A stretch of DNA of 64,000 nucleotides, taken from assembly GCA_965223265.1 (NCBI GenBank), contig OZ244999.1, forward strand, positions 1,216,001 to 1,280,000. The letters are read 5' to 3'. Source of the stretch: Planctomycetota bacterium (GTDB lineage Bacteria; Planctomycetota; UBA8108; SXIK01). Both the position numbers and the translations under genes were made by a program. This document shows, piece by piece, positions 30,513 to 39,633 of this stretch. The first letter of the stretch is position 1; every line of letters begins with the position of its first letter. The notes beneath the pieces were generated by a model. That model saw only the letters and a list, made by a program, of their open reading frames with translations, searched no databases and was not told the DNA's origin.

Positions 30513-31787
30513 CTACGGCAAGAGCTCTGCGATGGGCCTTGCCGATGCGTCGACCAGCGGCATGGGACGTGCTCCGGGGGCGAGGAATTCCTGCTGGATG
30601 TCGATGCCGAGAGCCGTGCAGATCGTGGCGATGAAGTCGGGTGAAGTGACGGGGCGGTCGACGATTTCCGCTCCAGGGTTCTTGCCTTCGCTCGTCTTGC
30701 CGACGACTTGGCCGGTCCTGATGCCACCGCCCGCCAAGACCGCACTCCAGGCCTTCGAGAAGTGATCCCTTCCTGCGCCGGGCGAACGCCCGAACTCGCC
30801 CATCCAGACAATCAGCGTGTCGTCGAGCATGCCGCGAACCTTGAGGTCGCGGATCAACGTCGCCATGGCGCTATCCATCCAGGGGGCCCTCTGAGCGATG
30901 GGCCCCGCGGCTCCTTCGTGATCGTCCCAGCCGCGGTGCACGACTTCCACGAACGAAACTCCCGTTTCGACCAGTCGCCTGGCGAGCAGACACGATTGGC
31001 CGAACTTGTGATCGCCGTAAGCCTCACGCAGATGGGGAGGTTCGCTGTCCAGGTCAAACGCTTGGGACCTCTTGGACCGCATTAAACGCACCGCTCTATC
31101 GAACGCAGCCTGCTTCGCCCGGACCGCCGGGAGTGCAAATCGCTGTGCGAATCGGTTCTCGCTTTGCAGAAGAAGTTGCAGGCGATTGTCTAAGTCGCGA
31201 CCGGTCGTGGCCAAATTCTCCAGTCCTTTGCGTGGATCATTGACGGCCAGCGGGGCGTGTTGCGGTCCTAAGTACGCCGGCACGCTGCGATAGAGTCGGC
31301 CGCCGTCGTTACGAATGTCCCAGCCTGCGTCGATCGTCACGAAGCCCGGCATGTCCTCGTCTCTAGGTCCGACTTGCGACGAGGCGAGACAACCGATCGC
31401 TGGATGTTCGAACTCCGTTGTTCGTTTGTACCCCGTGTGCAAGAAGTACTTGGCGTCGTAGTGACCGTTGATTTCGGTCGTCATCGATCGCACGATGGCC
31501 ATGTCTTGCATACACCGCGCGAGCTTTGGCAACTGCTCAACAATCTGAATGCCAGGCACTGACGTCGAGATCGTTTTGAACTCACCACCAGGCTTTGGAT
31601 CGAAGGTGTGCTGCTGGCTCGGTCCACCGTCCATCCACAGTAGGATGCATGCCTTCTTCCTGCGCGTCTGCGCAGTGGCCGCATGCGCCAGCGACTCGAA
31701 CCACGGCACGCTACCTCCAGATAAGACCCCTGCGGCGGAGAGTTTGAGCAGATCGCGGCGTTTGATGGTTCGGTCAGAAGTGTTCAT
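30513..31787 (-). CDS. DUF1501-family protein (Tat signal)
   Basis: KRRDLLK, WMDGGPSQQHTFDPK, LLARRLVE, GWDDH, GEFGRSP. Confidence 0.92.
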   Translation of the reverse strand: MNTSDRTIKRRDLLKLSAAGVLSGGSVPWFESLAHAATAQTRRKKACILLWMDGGPSQQHTFDPKPGGEFKTISTSVPGIQIVEQLPKLARCMQDMAIVRSMTTEINGHYDAKYFLHTGYKRTTEFEHPAIGCLASSQVGPRDEDMPGFVTIDAGWDIRNDGGRLYRSVPAYLGPQHAPLAVNDPRKGLENLATTGRDLDNRLQLLLQSENRFAQRFALPAVRAKQAAFDRAVRLMRSKRSQAFDLDSEPPHLREAYGDHKFGQSCLLARRLVETGVSFVEVVHRGWDDHEGAAGPIAQRAPWMDSAMATLIRDLKVRGMLDDTLIVWMGEFGRSPGAGRDHFSKAWSAVLAGGGIRTGQVVGKTSEGKNPGAEIVDRPVTSPDFIATICTALGIDIQQEFLAPGARPMPLVDASARPIAELLP

Positions 31788-31850
31788 TTGATTTCGCTTC
31801 ACTGAGTCGTGTCGGCAGGTCGTCGTCAGCAGTCTTTCCCTGCCCTCGGC

Positions 31851-34337
31851 TCATTGTACCAAAACGTATTCGCTCCGATTCACCAACATCCACAACACTC
31901 CAGTCAGCGCGACCCGATGATCTGACAGCTGGCGAGCGTACTGTATCGCTTCCGCGGCTTCGTTCTCGGTCGGTCGGCGCGAGAGCGTGCTTAGGTACAA
32001 CCACTCAATCGCCTCGGTGAGTGTCGACGCCGTGAGCACAATGTCTTGCGAGCGTGGACTTTTTTCCGATTGATCTGCGCCCCGGCGTGAGGAATCGCTG
32101 ACGCGCGTCCATGCCTTGCCGTCGAGCGAGACCTCGATGCGGTACTGCTGAGGCGACCGATCTTCGTACTTACCTTCGCGGTCGCGACCCCAAACGACGC
32201 GGTTGATCTCCGTCGGAACTGCAAGCTCGATCTGAGCCCAACCACCGCCGACCTCGTTGCTGATCCAGCTGTGCGAGTTACCGTATAGGCCGTCGTTGAG
32301 ATGCGCGATCTGATGGAGGTCGCAACTCGGCAACAGCAGTGACGAGGCGTCTGCCTTCGCTCCGAACGCCGCGAGCGCTATGTTCGTGTCGCTTCCCGGT
32401 GCGTACACCTCCAGTTCGTCAAGGCAGGGCTCGTCGTCCGACTGCCCGACGGTGAAGCGCACAAATTGGGCCTTCACTGCGGGAAAGAAGTCGTCATTGC
32501 GGCGCGAATTGACCGGCGGCAAGCGGACGAAACCGGGAAAGTAGATGGCGTCGAGAGCGCTACTGCCGGCGAGCAAGCGCGGATGATTGATCATGGTCAG
32601 CATTTGCGCGACGCCGTGGGTGAAGTCGGTGGCGTCCTCCTCGTTGGTGCTGAACCTTCGCCGAAACTCCAGGTAGGGATCGGCCACCGCGGCGGACATT
32701 CCCACCGTGACATGTTCCACACTGGTTCGCAGGTCGAGATTCGGATCGCCGTATGCCAGCCTCAACGAGTCGTAGAGCATGTCCGCTGTCATGACGCGGA
32801 GCGGCATCCGGCCAAACCCCGCCGTCAAAGCGTCTCGCGCCTGCTCATCTGTCCCCGGCTCCATCCAGCTCGTTCGCTGATACGCCTCTGAATTGCACAC
32901 GCTTCGGAAGAGATGTTTGACGTCATAGCCGGAGGCGATGAACTCGCCGGTCAACAATTGAAGCAGTCCCGGATGCGATGGCGGGTTCAGCTCGCGAAGG
33001 TCGTCAATTGGATTGACGATTCCTCGAGAGAAGAGGTAGAACCAAACGCGGTTGGCGAACGAGCGCGCGAAATATGGGTTCTCCTTGGCCGTGAGCCAAT
33101 CGACGAACGACCCCCGGAGGTCGTCTTGGTCACTGACGTCAAACCTTTCCCCTCGTGGGAAGGCGGCAGGTACCGTAGTCCCGGCGTTCTTGAAAGCGGA
33201 ATCGGGAATGTTGATTTCTCCGGGCTTCTTGCTGGGTCCCTTGCCGGTTTCGATCTTGCTGAAATCGCCTGCCGCACGGCCGAAGAAGGCGGCCAGCGCC
33301 CAATGGTCTCGCTGCGACCAGTCGCGGTAGGGATCGTCGTGGCACCGTGCACATTGCAGCTGCACGCCCATGAACAGCGAGGCTGCGGCTCGTGCTGATC
33401 CATCCGCAGTCGTTTTGGAGTCTTGGCCGACGAGCCCAAAGAAAATCAACTGAGGCTTGTTCTTGGTCTCACCGTGCGCGGTGAGAATGTCCCGCGTGAT
33501 TCTGCCCCACGGCTGGTCGGCAGTGATCTTCGCGCCGATCCATTTGCCGAAGTCTCTGGCCTGCTGATGCGGCTGTTCTCCAGCGTTTCCCGTCGACGGC
33601 AACTCCGGCGGGCAGATCCAATCGCGCCAGGTTCGGCCAAACTGATCACCGAACGCAGGCATGGCGAGGAGCGAATCGATCAGCTGCGCGCGCTTGTCCG
33701 CGTCGCTCTTGTCGAGAAACTCTGCGGCTTGTCTCGCCGTTGGGACACGTCCTGTCAAATCGAGATAGACGCGGCGCAGAAATTCAGCGTCGCCGCTGCG
33801 CGGTGTCGGCTTCTGGTTTGCCGCAGCCAAGAAGCGGTCGACGTGCTGATCGATCGCCGCTGCGACTTCCTGCGGCATGTGCTTTTCGCCAACCGGCAGC
33901 AAAGGGTCGACGTTTTGATGCTTCTCAGAAACGGTTGGAAGTCCGGCATCGATCCAGGCTTTGATGGTCGCCTTGGCTTCAGTCGAGAGCTTCTCGCGGT
34001 CATCCCCCCAGGGCATCTCGTCGTTGGCAATACGCTTCCAAAGCTCGCTCCTCTCTGCATTGCCAGGCTGGAGGGCGGAGCCAGATTCACCACCAGCGAG
34101 CATGGCTGGGAGGGTGCGCAAATCGAGTCCGGCCTCTTGGTGCAGTCCACCATGACAGCCCATGCAATGCTTCGTGAGGATTGGCAGCACGTCGCGCTCG
34201 AGAAGCGGTTCCTTGGTGAACGCGGCCCGGGGAGCCACGAGCGCACAGAGAACCGTCATCACTTTGGCGGCGATGCCCGCGAGACGGAAGGCGTACATTG
34301 GCAGATGTCGCACGCTCCGGAAGACAACAGATCGCAC
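31851..34337 (-). CDS. Planctomycete cytochrome c / DUF1549 / DUF1553 protein with inserted discoidin (F5/8)-like domain
   Basis: CMGCH, LRRVYLDLTGR, CARCHD, FANRVW...RGIVNP, NPPSHP; insert LNDGLYGNSHSWIS...YRIEVSLDG. The start may be 34298 or 34259. Confidence 0.88.
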   Translation of the reverse strand: MRSVVFRSVRHLPMYAFRLAGIAAKVMTVLCALVAPRAAFTKEPLLERDVLPILTKHCMGCHGGLHQEAGLDLRTLPAMLAGGESGSALQPGNAERSELWKRIANDEMPWGDDREKLSTEAKATIKAWIDAGLPTVSEKHQNVDPLLPVGEKHMPQEVAAAIDQHVDRFLAAANQKPTPRSGDAEFLRRVYLDLTGRVPTARQAAEFLDKSDADKRAQLIDSLLAMPAFGDQFGRTWRDWICPPELPSTGNAGEQPHQQARDFGKWIGAKITADQPWGRITRDILTAHGETKNKPQLIFFGLVGQDSKTTADGSARAAASLFMGVQLQCARCHDDPYRDWSQRDHWALAAFFGRAAGDFSKIETGKGPSKKPGEINIPDSAFKNAGTTVPAAFPRGERFDVSDQDDLRGSFVDWLTAKENPYFARSFANRVWFYLFSRGIVNPIDDLRELNPPSHPGLLQLLTGEFIASGYDVKHLFRSVCNSEAYQRTSWMEPGTDEQARDALTAGFGRMPLRVMTADMLYDSLRLAYGDPNLDLRTSVEHVTVGMSAAVADPYLEFRRRFSTNEEDATDFTHGVAQMLTMINHPRLLAGSSALDAIYFPGFVRLPPVNSRRNDDFFPAVKAQFVRFTVGQSDDEPCLDELEVYAPGSDTNIALAAFGAKADASSLLLPSCDLHQIAHLNDGLYGNSHSWISNEVGGGWAQIELAVPTEINRVVWGRDREGKYEDRSPQQYRIEVSLDGKAWTRVSDSSRRGADQSEKSPRSQDIVLTASTLTEAIEWLYLSTLSRRPTENEAAEAIQYARQLSDHRVALTGVLWMLVNRSEYVLVQ

Positions 34338-34592
34338 CAGCTGGCACCAGGTGACGAGCAGAGGAACTCACGCCACGAACAACAGTACCATGATGACCGA
34401 TTTCTGCTGGCACAGCAATGTTGTTGCGTGCGTGGTAGTTGCGACCCCCCAATCGTTCGACTCCGTACTTTTTAGGCCAAGGAGCGTGGGGGGCGCGATG
34501 ACAGAACTCCGTGAACTGAAGTGATGGAGACTGAACGAAGCTGCGCGACTACGATTACGCGCCTGGATTCGCGATCGGTCGTTGCGAGCCTT

Positions 34593-36152
34593 CTACTCTG
34601 GCAGGTACTCGAAGCGTCGACCCAATCGAATCATCGTCTGCACGAGGTCGGACTTGGCGTTCTCGCGGGCCCGATCGAACCCGTGAATCTCCGGGTGTTC
34701 GTCGGCTTTGAGAACGACGACGCCGGTCTGGCCATCGGCGAGCCTCGTCGACATGGTGATCGCGCGTATTCCCCCCTGACCCACATAGGGCTCCCCGGCA
34801 GGAACGACTTCGTAGTCTCCCTCTTCCAACGCTTGCTCCATGAGTAACTCGACGAGGAGGTTTTTGTGGGTCTCCGTCGCCTTGTAGTTGGCTTGAAAGA
34901 TGCCCCATGCGCGCACGAGTTCCGCTTCGAGCTCGATCGAAGTCTCGTCCGTGAAGAGGGTCTCGTGCGCTAGTTCGAGGAAAGCGTCGAGTTTCATCTC
35001 CCCGAGCATGTCCGCATCGTACTGTGCGAGCTTGGCGAGCTCAGGCGGAACCGGCGCGTCTGCTGGCTCCTCGGCCGCGGTCGGGTCGTCCGGTGACTCA
35101 ACCGGAGCCGGCTGTGCCCGCAGCTGCCGCAAGGTGTCTTCAAGTGCTCGATTTCGAGAGACCATCTCGTCGCGCTCTCTTCCGAGCCCAGCGTTCTCTT
35201 CGTTCAGCTCTTCGATGACGGCGCGGAGTTGTGTGGAAAGCTCGTCGAGCTTGTGTCGTTCGATGAGATCGTACTCTTGCATGGCACGATCTTCGTCCAT
35301 CGTGGGCGTCGTGAGCTTGACAACCGAGCCTGTCCCCACGATCAACAGAGCAGCCGCACTCGCTGTGACAAGAGCTTTTTTCGCCATGATCGTCCCTCCT
35401 ATGGACGCGGCTGTAGAGGCCACGGAAACGGAAGCTGTCTGCGACGCAGCGGTGATGGCTGGTGACGCTACTGCGCTCGAGGAGCCTTCAGCGGCCAGCA
35501 TTGACTTGGACGCTGGCATGGCGAGCGTCGTGAGAACCAGAGCGAGTGTGCGGCCACGCGTCTTCCATTCGCGCGTCGACGGGACGAGCTCCCTGATCTG
35601 CTCCTCGAACTCACGCCACAGTCGTTCGCGCAGGAGGTCCCGTGCACGCTTTAGGCGCGCCTTCACGGCAGGTACGGACAGCGCGAGGGTCCTTGCGACC
35701 TGCCTGACGGATTCTCCCTCAAAGTAGTACAAGAGAACGGTCTCGCGCAGCGACTGCGGTAGCCGTTGAATCTGGTCGGCCACGTGCGCCGTCAGCTCCT
35801 TGAGCGTTTCAGATTCCGTACTAGGCGCATAGAGCGTGTTCAGGTCGTCTGTCGGGTGGAGGTTGTTCTCTTTGGCGGCGCGGTACTGTTTGCGACAGAC
35901 GTTTCTGACGATTTGGAGAAACCACGACTCGAACGCCGCCGGCGCTCTCAGCTTGGGCAGGCTGCCGAGAGCCTTCAGAAACGCTTCTTGCACAACGTCA
36001 TCCACTGAGTCCGCGGCAATGCCGAACGCCCAAGCGATGGCGTAAGCCTTGCGCTGGTAGCGAAGCACGAGCGTTTCGAACGCGCCTGGCTTATCCGCGA
36101 TCGCGCCGCGGACAAGCAAGCTGTCTGGGAGACAGGATCTTGGGGATGTCAT
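34593..36152 (-). CDS. ECF sigma-70 factor with long C-terminal extension (TM segment and coiled coil)
   Basis: DDVVQEAFLKA, FESWFLQIVRN, LYYFEGESVRQVA...VKARLKRAR, followed by about 330 aa of extension; ATG 36152. Confidence 0.88.
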   Translation of the reverse strand: MTSPRSCLPDSLLVRGAIADKPGAFETLVLRYQRKAYAIAWAFGIAADSVDDVVQEAFLKALGSLPKLRAPAAFESWFLQIVRNVCRKQYRAAKENNLHPTDDLNTLYAPSTESETLKELTAHVADQIQRLPQSLRETVLLYYFEGESVRQVARTLALSVPAVKARLKRARDLLRERLWREFEEQIRELVPSTREWKTRGRTLALVLTTLAMPASKSMLAAEGSSSAVASPAITAASQTASVSVASTAASIGGTIMAKKALVTASAAALLIVGTGSVVKLTTPTMDEDRAMQEYDLIERHKLDELSTQLRAVIEELNEENAGLGRERDEMVSRNRALEDTLRQLRAQPAPVESPDDPTAAEEPADAPVPPELAKLAQYDADMLGEMKLDAFLELAHETLFTDETSIELEAELVRAWGIFQANYKATETHKNLLVELLMEQALEEGDYEVVPAGEPYVGQGGIRAITMSTRLADGQTGVVVLKADEHPEIHGFDRARENAKSDLVQTMIRLGRRFEYLPE

Positions 36153-36371
36153 TGCATCTTTCCAAGATCTTGTTTGGGCGGTTTGGTTACGAGAAAAATT
36201 CGAAATCTTTGAGATCGCCGACCAGAGTCTAACCTGCGCGAGTTGTGGCGAGTATGAGCCGAGGCGCACACGAGTGACGATGGATCGGCGATCTCAAGGA
36301 CTGAGGATGATGGAAACTTAGGGCATGACAGACTCGAACGCGCCCGACGAGTCGCTTAAGATGCCAAGCCT

Positions 36372-38087
36372 ATGAGCACCCCGACCTCGACGAAAAAGTC
36401 AGCCCGATTTTGCGGCAGACTGACGCTCCTTGTTTTTCTTGCTTTCGGCGCAGCCGTCTCCGCTGTTGAGTTTGTGGGCACTGTGGTTGACGCTAGCACA
36501 AACCGGGTGATTCCAGCCCGCGTCTATGTCAAAGGAGCAGGCGACCGTTGGCTCTTTGTCGAGTCGGTTGCCGCCGACGGCTCCGCCTTGACCTACCGTG
36601 AAGAGTGGGCGCCGATGGAAGACTCGGTCGAAAAGCACACGACCGTGTCTGCTCACCCCTTTCGCATCGACCTTGAACCCGGCGAGTACGAGATCACGAT
36701 CGAGCGTGGCAAGGAGTATTTGCCTTTGAGCGAAAAGGTCGTCGTGGAAGATCGAGCGATTCGAAGGACCTTTCGACTCGTCAGGTGGATCAATATGGCC
36801 GCGCGCGGCTGGTATTCCGGCGAGACGCACGTACACCGCCGCATTGAGGAGCTACCGAACGTCATGCTCGCCGAGGATCTGAACGTTGCGTTCCCGGTGA
36901 CGTTTTGGACGATTAACGCCTACGAGGCCCCTGGGCTCGAGCCGTCGCCGCTCCGGCGTCAGGGACCGTCGCCGTTCGGGGCTCGGAAGGACCTTGGAGC
37001 GCAGATGATTGCGGTCGACCGCACGCACGTCATCTTTCCGCGCAACACCGAGTACGAGGTTTTTAGCGTCGACGGCAAGTCACATACCCTGGGCGCGCTC
37101 TTCATCCTCAATCACAAGACAGTCTTTCAGCGTGGGATGCCGCCGGTCGCGGAGATCGCCCGACAGGCGCACCACGAGGGAGCGTTGCTCGACCTCGACA
37201 AACACAATTGGCCGTGGTCGATGATGCTCGTGCCGATCGCCAAAGTTGACCTCTACGAACTGGCAAACAACCACGTCTGGCGCACCAGGTTTGGCTTCAG
37301 GCGTTCGTCGACAAAACCGCCGGAGTACATGAAGCTGGAGAGCGATGAGGATGGCTTGACCGAGTGGGGCTGGCTCGAATTCGGATTCCAGAATTACTAT
37401 GCGCTGCTCAATTGTGGATTCCGCCTGCAGCCAACGGCCGGCACCGCGTCCGGCGTCCACCCCGTGCCTCTCGGCTTCGGCCGCGTCTACGTCCAGCTCG
37501 ACGGTTCATTCGACGGCGAGCGTTGGATCGACGGGTTGAGGCGTGGCCGGAGCTTTGTTACGACCGGGCCGATGCTCTTCGCCACGCTTGACGGTCAACA
37601 TCCTGGGCACACGTTCAGCGAGGCCAAGCCACGCGAGGAGCCGTACCTCCTCCGCATAGAATCGGTCAGCCGGCGTCCGCTCGACAGGATCGAGGTGATC
37701 GTCGATGGCCAAGTCGATCAGACGCTGCGACCTGATGCCGGTGAGACTGCACGGCGGACGTCGTCGGGCGCCTATGAGGTGGTGCGCGAGGTCACCCTTA
37801 CGATCAAAGAATCATCCTGGGTCGCGGTGCGCAGTTTCCATGACGAAGGCCCGGAACACCTTCGCTTCGCACACACTGCGCCGTGGCACATAGAGATCGG
37901 GGACCAGCCGGTACGGCCACGAAAGCCTGAGGTCGACTTCCTCATTCGACGCTTGCGTGACGAGATCGAGCGCAACAAAGATGTCCTACCCGAAGCCGCC
38001 ATGGCTGAGTTTGAGTCAGCTTTGAGAATCTATGAGCAGCTTCGCAGTCGCATCGACGATGAGCCGCATCCTCCCGGTCGCGGATGA
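36372..38087 (+). CDS. Secreted CehA/McbA-like (PHP-type) metallohydrolase
   Basis: ERGKEY, GWYSGETHVH, YYALLNCG, AGTASGV, GRSFVTTGP, FAHTAP. Confidence 0.82.
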   Translation: MSTPTSTKKSARFCGRLTLLVFLAFGAAVSAVEFVGTVVDASTNRVIPARVYVKGAGDRWLFVESVAADGSALTYREEWAPMEDSVEKHTTVSAHPFRIDLEPGEYEITIERGKEYLPLSEKVVVEDRAIRRTFRLVRWINMAARGWYSGETHVHRRIEELPNVMLAEDLNVAFPVTFWTINAYEAPGLEPSPLRRQGPSPFGARKDLGAQMIAVDRTHVIFPRNTEYEVFSVDGKSHTLGALFILNHKTVFQRGMPPVAEIARQAHHEGALLDLDKHNWPWSMMLVPIAKVDLYELANNHVWRTRFGFRRSSTKPPEYMKLESDEDGLTEWGWLEFGFQNYYALLNCGFRLQPTAGTASGVHPVPLGFGRVYVQLDGSFDGERWIDGLRRGRSFVTTGPMLFATLDGQHPGHTFSEAKPREEPYLLRIESVSRRPLDRIEVIVDGQVDQTLRPDAGETARRTSSGAYEVVREVTLTIKESSWVAVRSFHDEGPEHLRFAHTAPWHIEIGDQPVRPRKPEVDFLIRRLRDEIERNKDVLPEAAMAEFESALRIYEQLRSRIDDEPHPPGRG

Positions 38088-38441
38088 TCAAGAGGATTTG
38101 GGAACGATCCAACGTACTCAGCTACGACTTCGGGATCCGACACGCAAACCGCGGGCCGCGACGGTAGGGACATATCGCTACTCCTTCGAAACCCGTCGTG
38201 TCCAAGAGACGAAGCGATCAAGTCCCCGCGTTGTTTTCGCTCGTCCGGCGCGGAGGTCATCGACTACCATCGAACTATCAGACCGGACTCGACATCGTGC
38301 GCGTCGCAGAGGGCTGGGCAAGGAAGCTTTCTTGCTTTGACCGCCATGAAATACCACTGACGTTAACGTTAAGCGAGAAACCGCTGTTCTTGATACAGCG
38401 GCGGGTGACGAATCCATCAAGAGGCGGAGATCATCGCGGTT

Positions 38442-39602
38442 ATGAAGAAACTCATCCTTATCGCATTGATTTTGAACGTCGTGATTCTGGCGGGTCATTT
38501 TTGGCGGCAGTCGTCGGTTGCGGAGCAGACTCAGTTCGCGGTCGAAAACGGCGATGTGAATGGGGATCTGGCCATCGACATCAGCGATCCGGTTTACTTG
38601 CTGCTCTATCTCTTCAAAGAGGGCAACCCGCCGGTAGCGATCGCGCAGGAGAATCCCGAGCTGGAATCTCGAGTGGCCGCGCTGGAGGCGGTGCACAGCG
38701 TCCAGGAGCCACCGTCTCCGGATCCTGCGGTGTCCTTAGACCGCAGGATGTTTTTACGCGTCGATCAGATCGACGGTGGAAGCGAAGTTGAGGGGCGCGA
38801 AGGTTGGATCGACGTGGTGGCGCTCGACGAATCTGTCACCCTTGGAGCTGGTGGCGTGCTCCGTCTTCTTGTCGCCGTCGACCAGGCCGCACCGCTCCTT
38901 GTCGGCAGAGCCTACAGCGCTTCGCCGATCTCTGACGTGTCCCTCACGATGGAGCGCCTCATCCCGGGCGGAGCATCGACCGAGGTGTTCTACTCCATCA
39001 AGCTTGACTCGGCGACGGTCCAGAGTTACCGCGTTCTCGCAAGTGGTCTTCATGCCGAAGTGGCCTTCTGCTACGACCGCGCTGAGCATGAGTGGCTCGC
39101 CGGTGGACAGGTCCTCGCCCGTATTGGTGCGTGCTCAAGTGGGGTCGATTCGCTTGGAACCTCTTCCACCCCGCTCGCACGCGATCCAGAAGTTCCTGCA
39201 GACCGCAGAATCTTTCTTAACCTCGACGGAATTAGCGGTGGTAGCGAGGCTCCTCGGCGGAGCGGTTGGATTGACGTCCTAGCGGTCGACGAGAGAGTCA
39301 CCGAAAGCGCCGCTGGTGAGCTGCGTCTCCTGGTTGCTTTTGACCAATCGGCCCCGGTTCTCATCGATAACGCGTTCGACGGTTCAATTCTTGAACGTGT
39401 TCGCGTTGAGATGGAGCGTCTGAATCCCGATGAAGGATCGAGGGAAACCTACTATTCGATCGAGCTCGCCGCCGCGACTGTGAAACGCTACCGCATTCTA
39501 CGCAGCGGCCTTCACGCCGAAGTCGTTTTTTGCTATGGCAGCATCGATCACACTTGGCATTCCGGTGGCCAGATCCGAACGGCCGTCGGTGCGTGCGAAT
39601 AG
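38442..39602 (+). CDS. Secreted protein with dockerin-like domain and two Hcp (T6SS tube)-like domains
   Basis: Signal peptide; NGDVNGDLAIDISDPVYLLLYLF; two repeats FLxxDxIxGGSExxxRxGWIDV...DQxAPxL...YSIxL. Confidence 0.7.
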   Translation: MKKLILIALILNVVILAGHFWRQSSVAEQTQFAVENGDVNGDLAIDISDPVYLLLYLFKEGNPPVAIAQENPELESRVAALEAVHSVQEPPSPDPAVSLDRRMFLRVDQIDGGSEVEGREGWIDVVALDESVTLGAGGVLRLLVAVDQAAPLLVGRAYSASPISDVSLTMERLIPGGASTEVFYSIKLDSATVQSYRVLASGLHAEVAFCYDRAEHEWLAGGQVLARIGACSSGVDSLGTSSTPLARDPEVPADRRIFLNLDGISGGSEAPRRSGWIDVLAVDERVTESAAGELRLLVAFDQSAPVLIDNAFDGSILERVRVEMERLNPDEGSRETYYSIELAAATVKRYRILRSGLHAEVVFCYGSIDHTWHSGGQIRTAVGACE

Positions 39603-39633
39603 CCTCACACACGCCCATATCTGAAGGATCTCC

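Noticed and set aside
34338-34391. In-frame TGA upstream of the DUF1549 gene (MVLLFVA*VPLL...) as a third Sec site
   Set aside because: It lies upstream of the probable signal peptide, has no Cys-motif context, and I saw no CGTGA-loop hairpin after it.
36160-36195. GTAAC motifs as a shared ECF -35 element (also near 21523 and 46930)
   Set aside because: There is no consistent -10 element at fixed spacing across the three sites, so it is too weak to call.
38360-38372. Overlapping palindromes acgttaacgt / ttaacgttaa upstream of the Hcp-like gene
   Set aside because: It could be an operator, but it is a single short instance with no cognate regulator in view.
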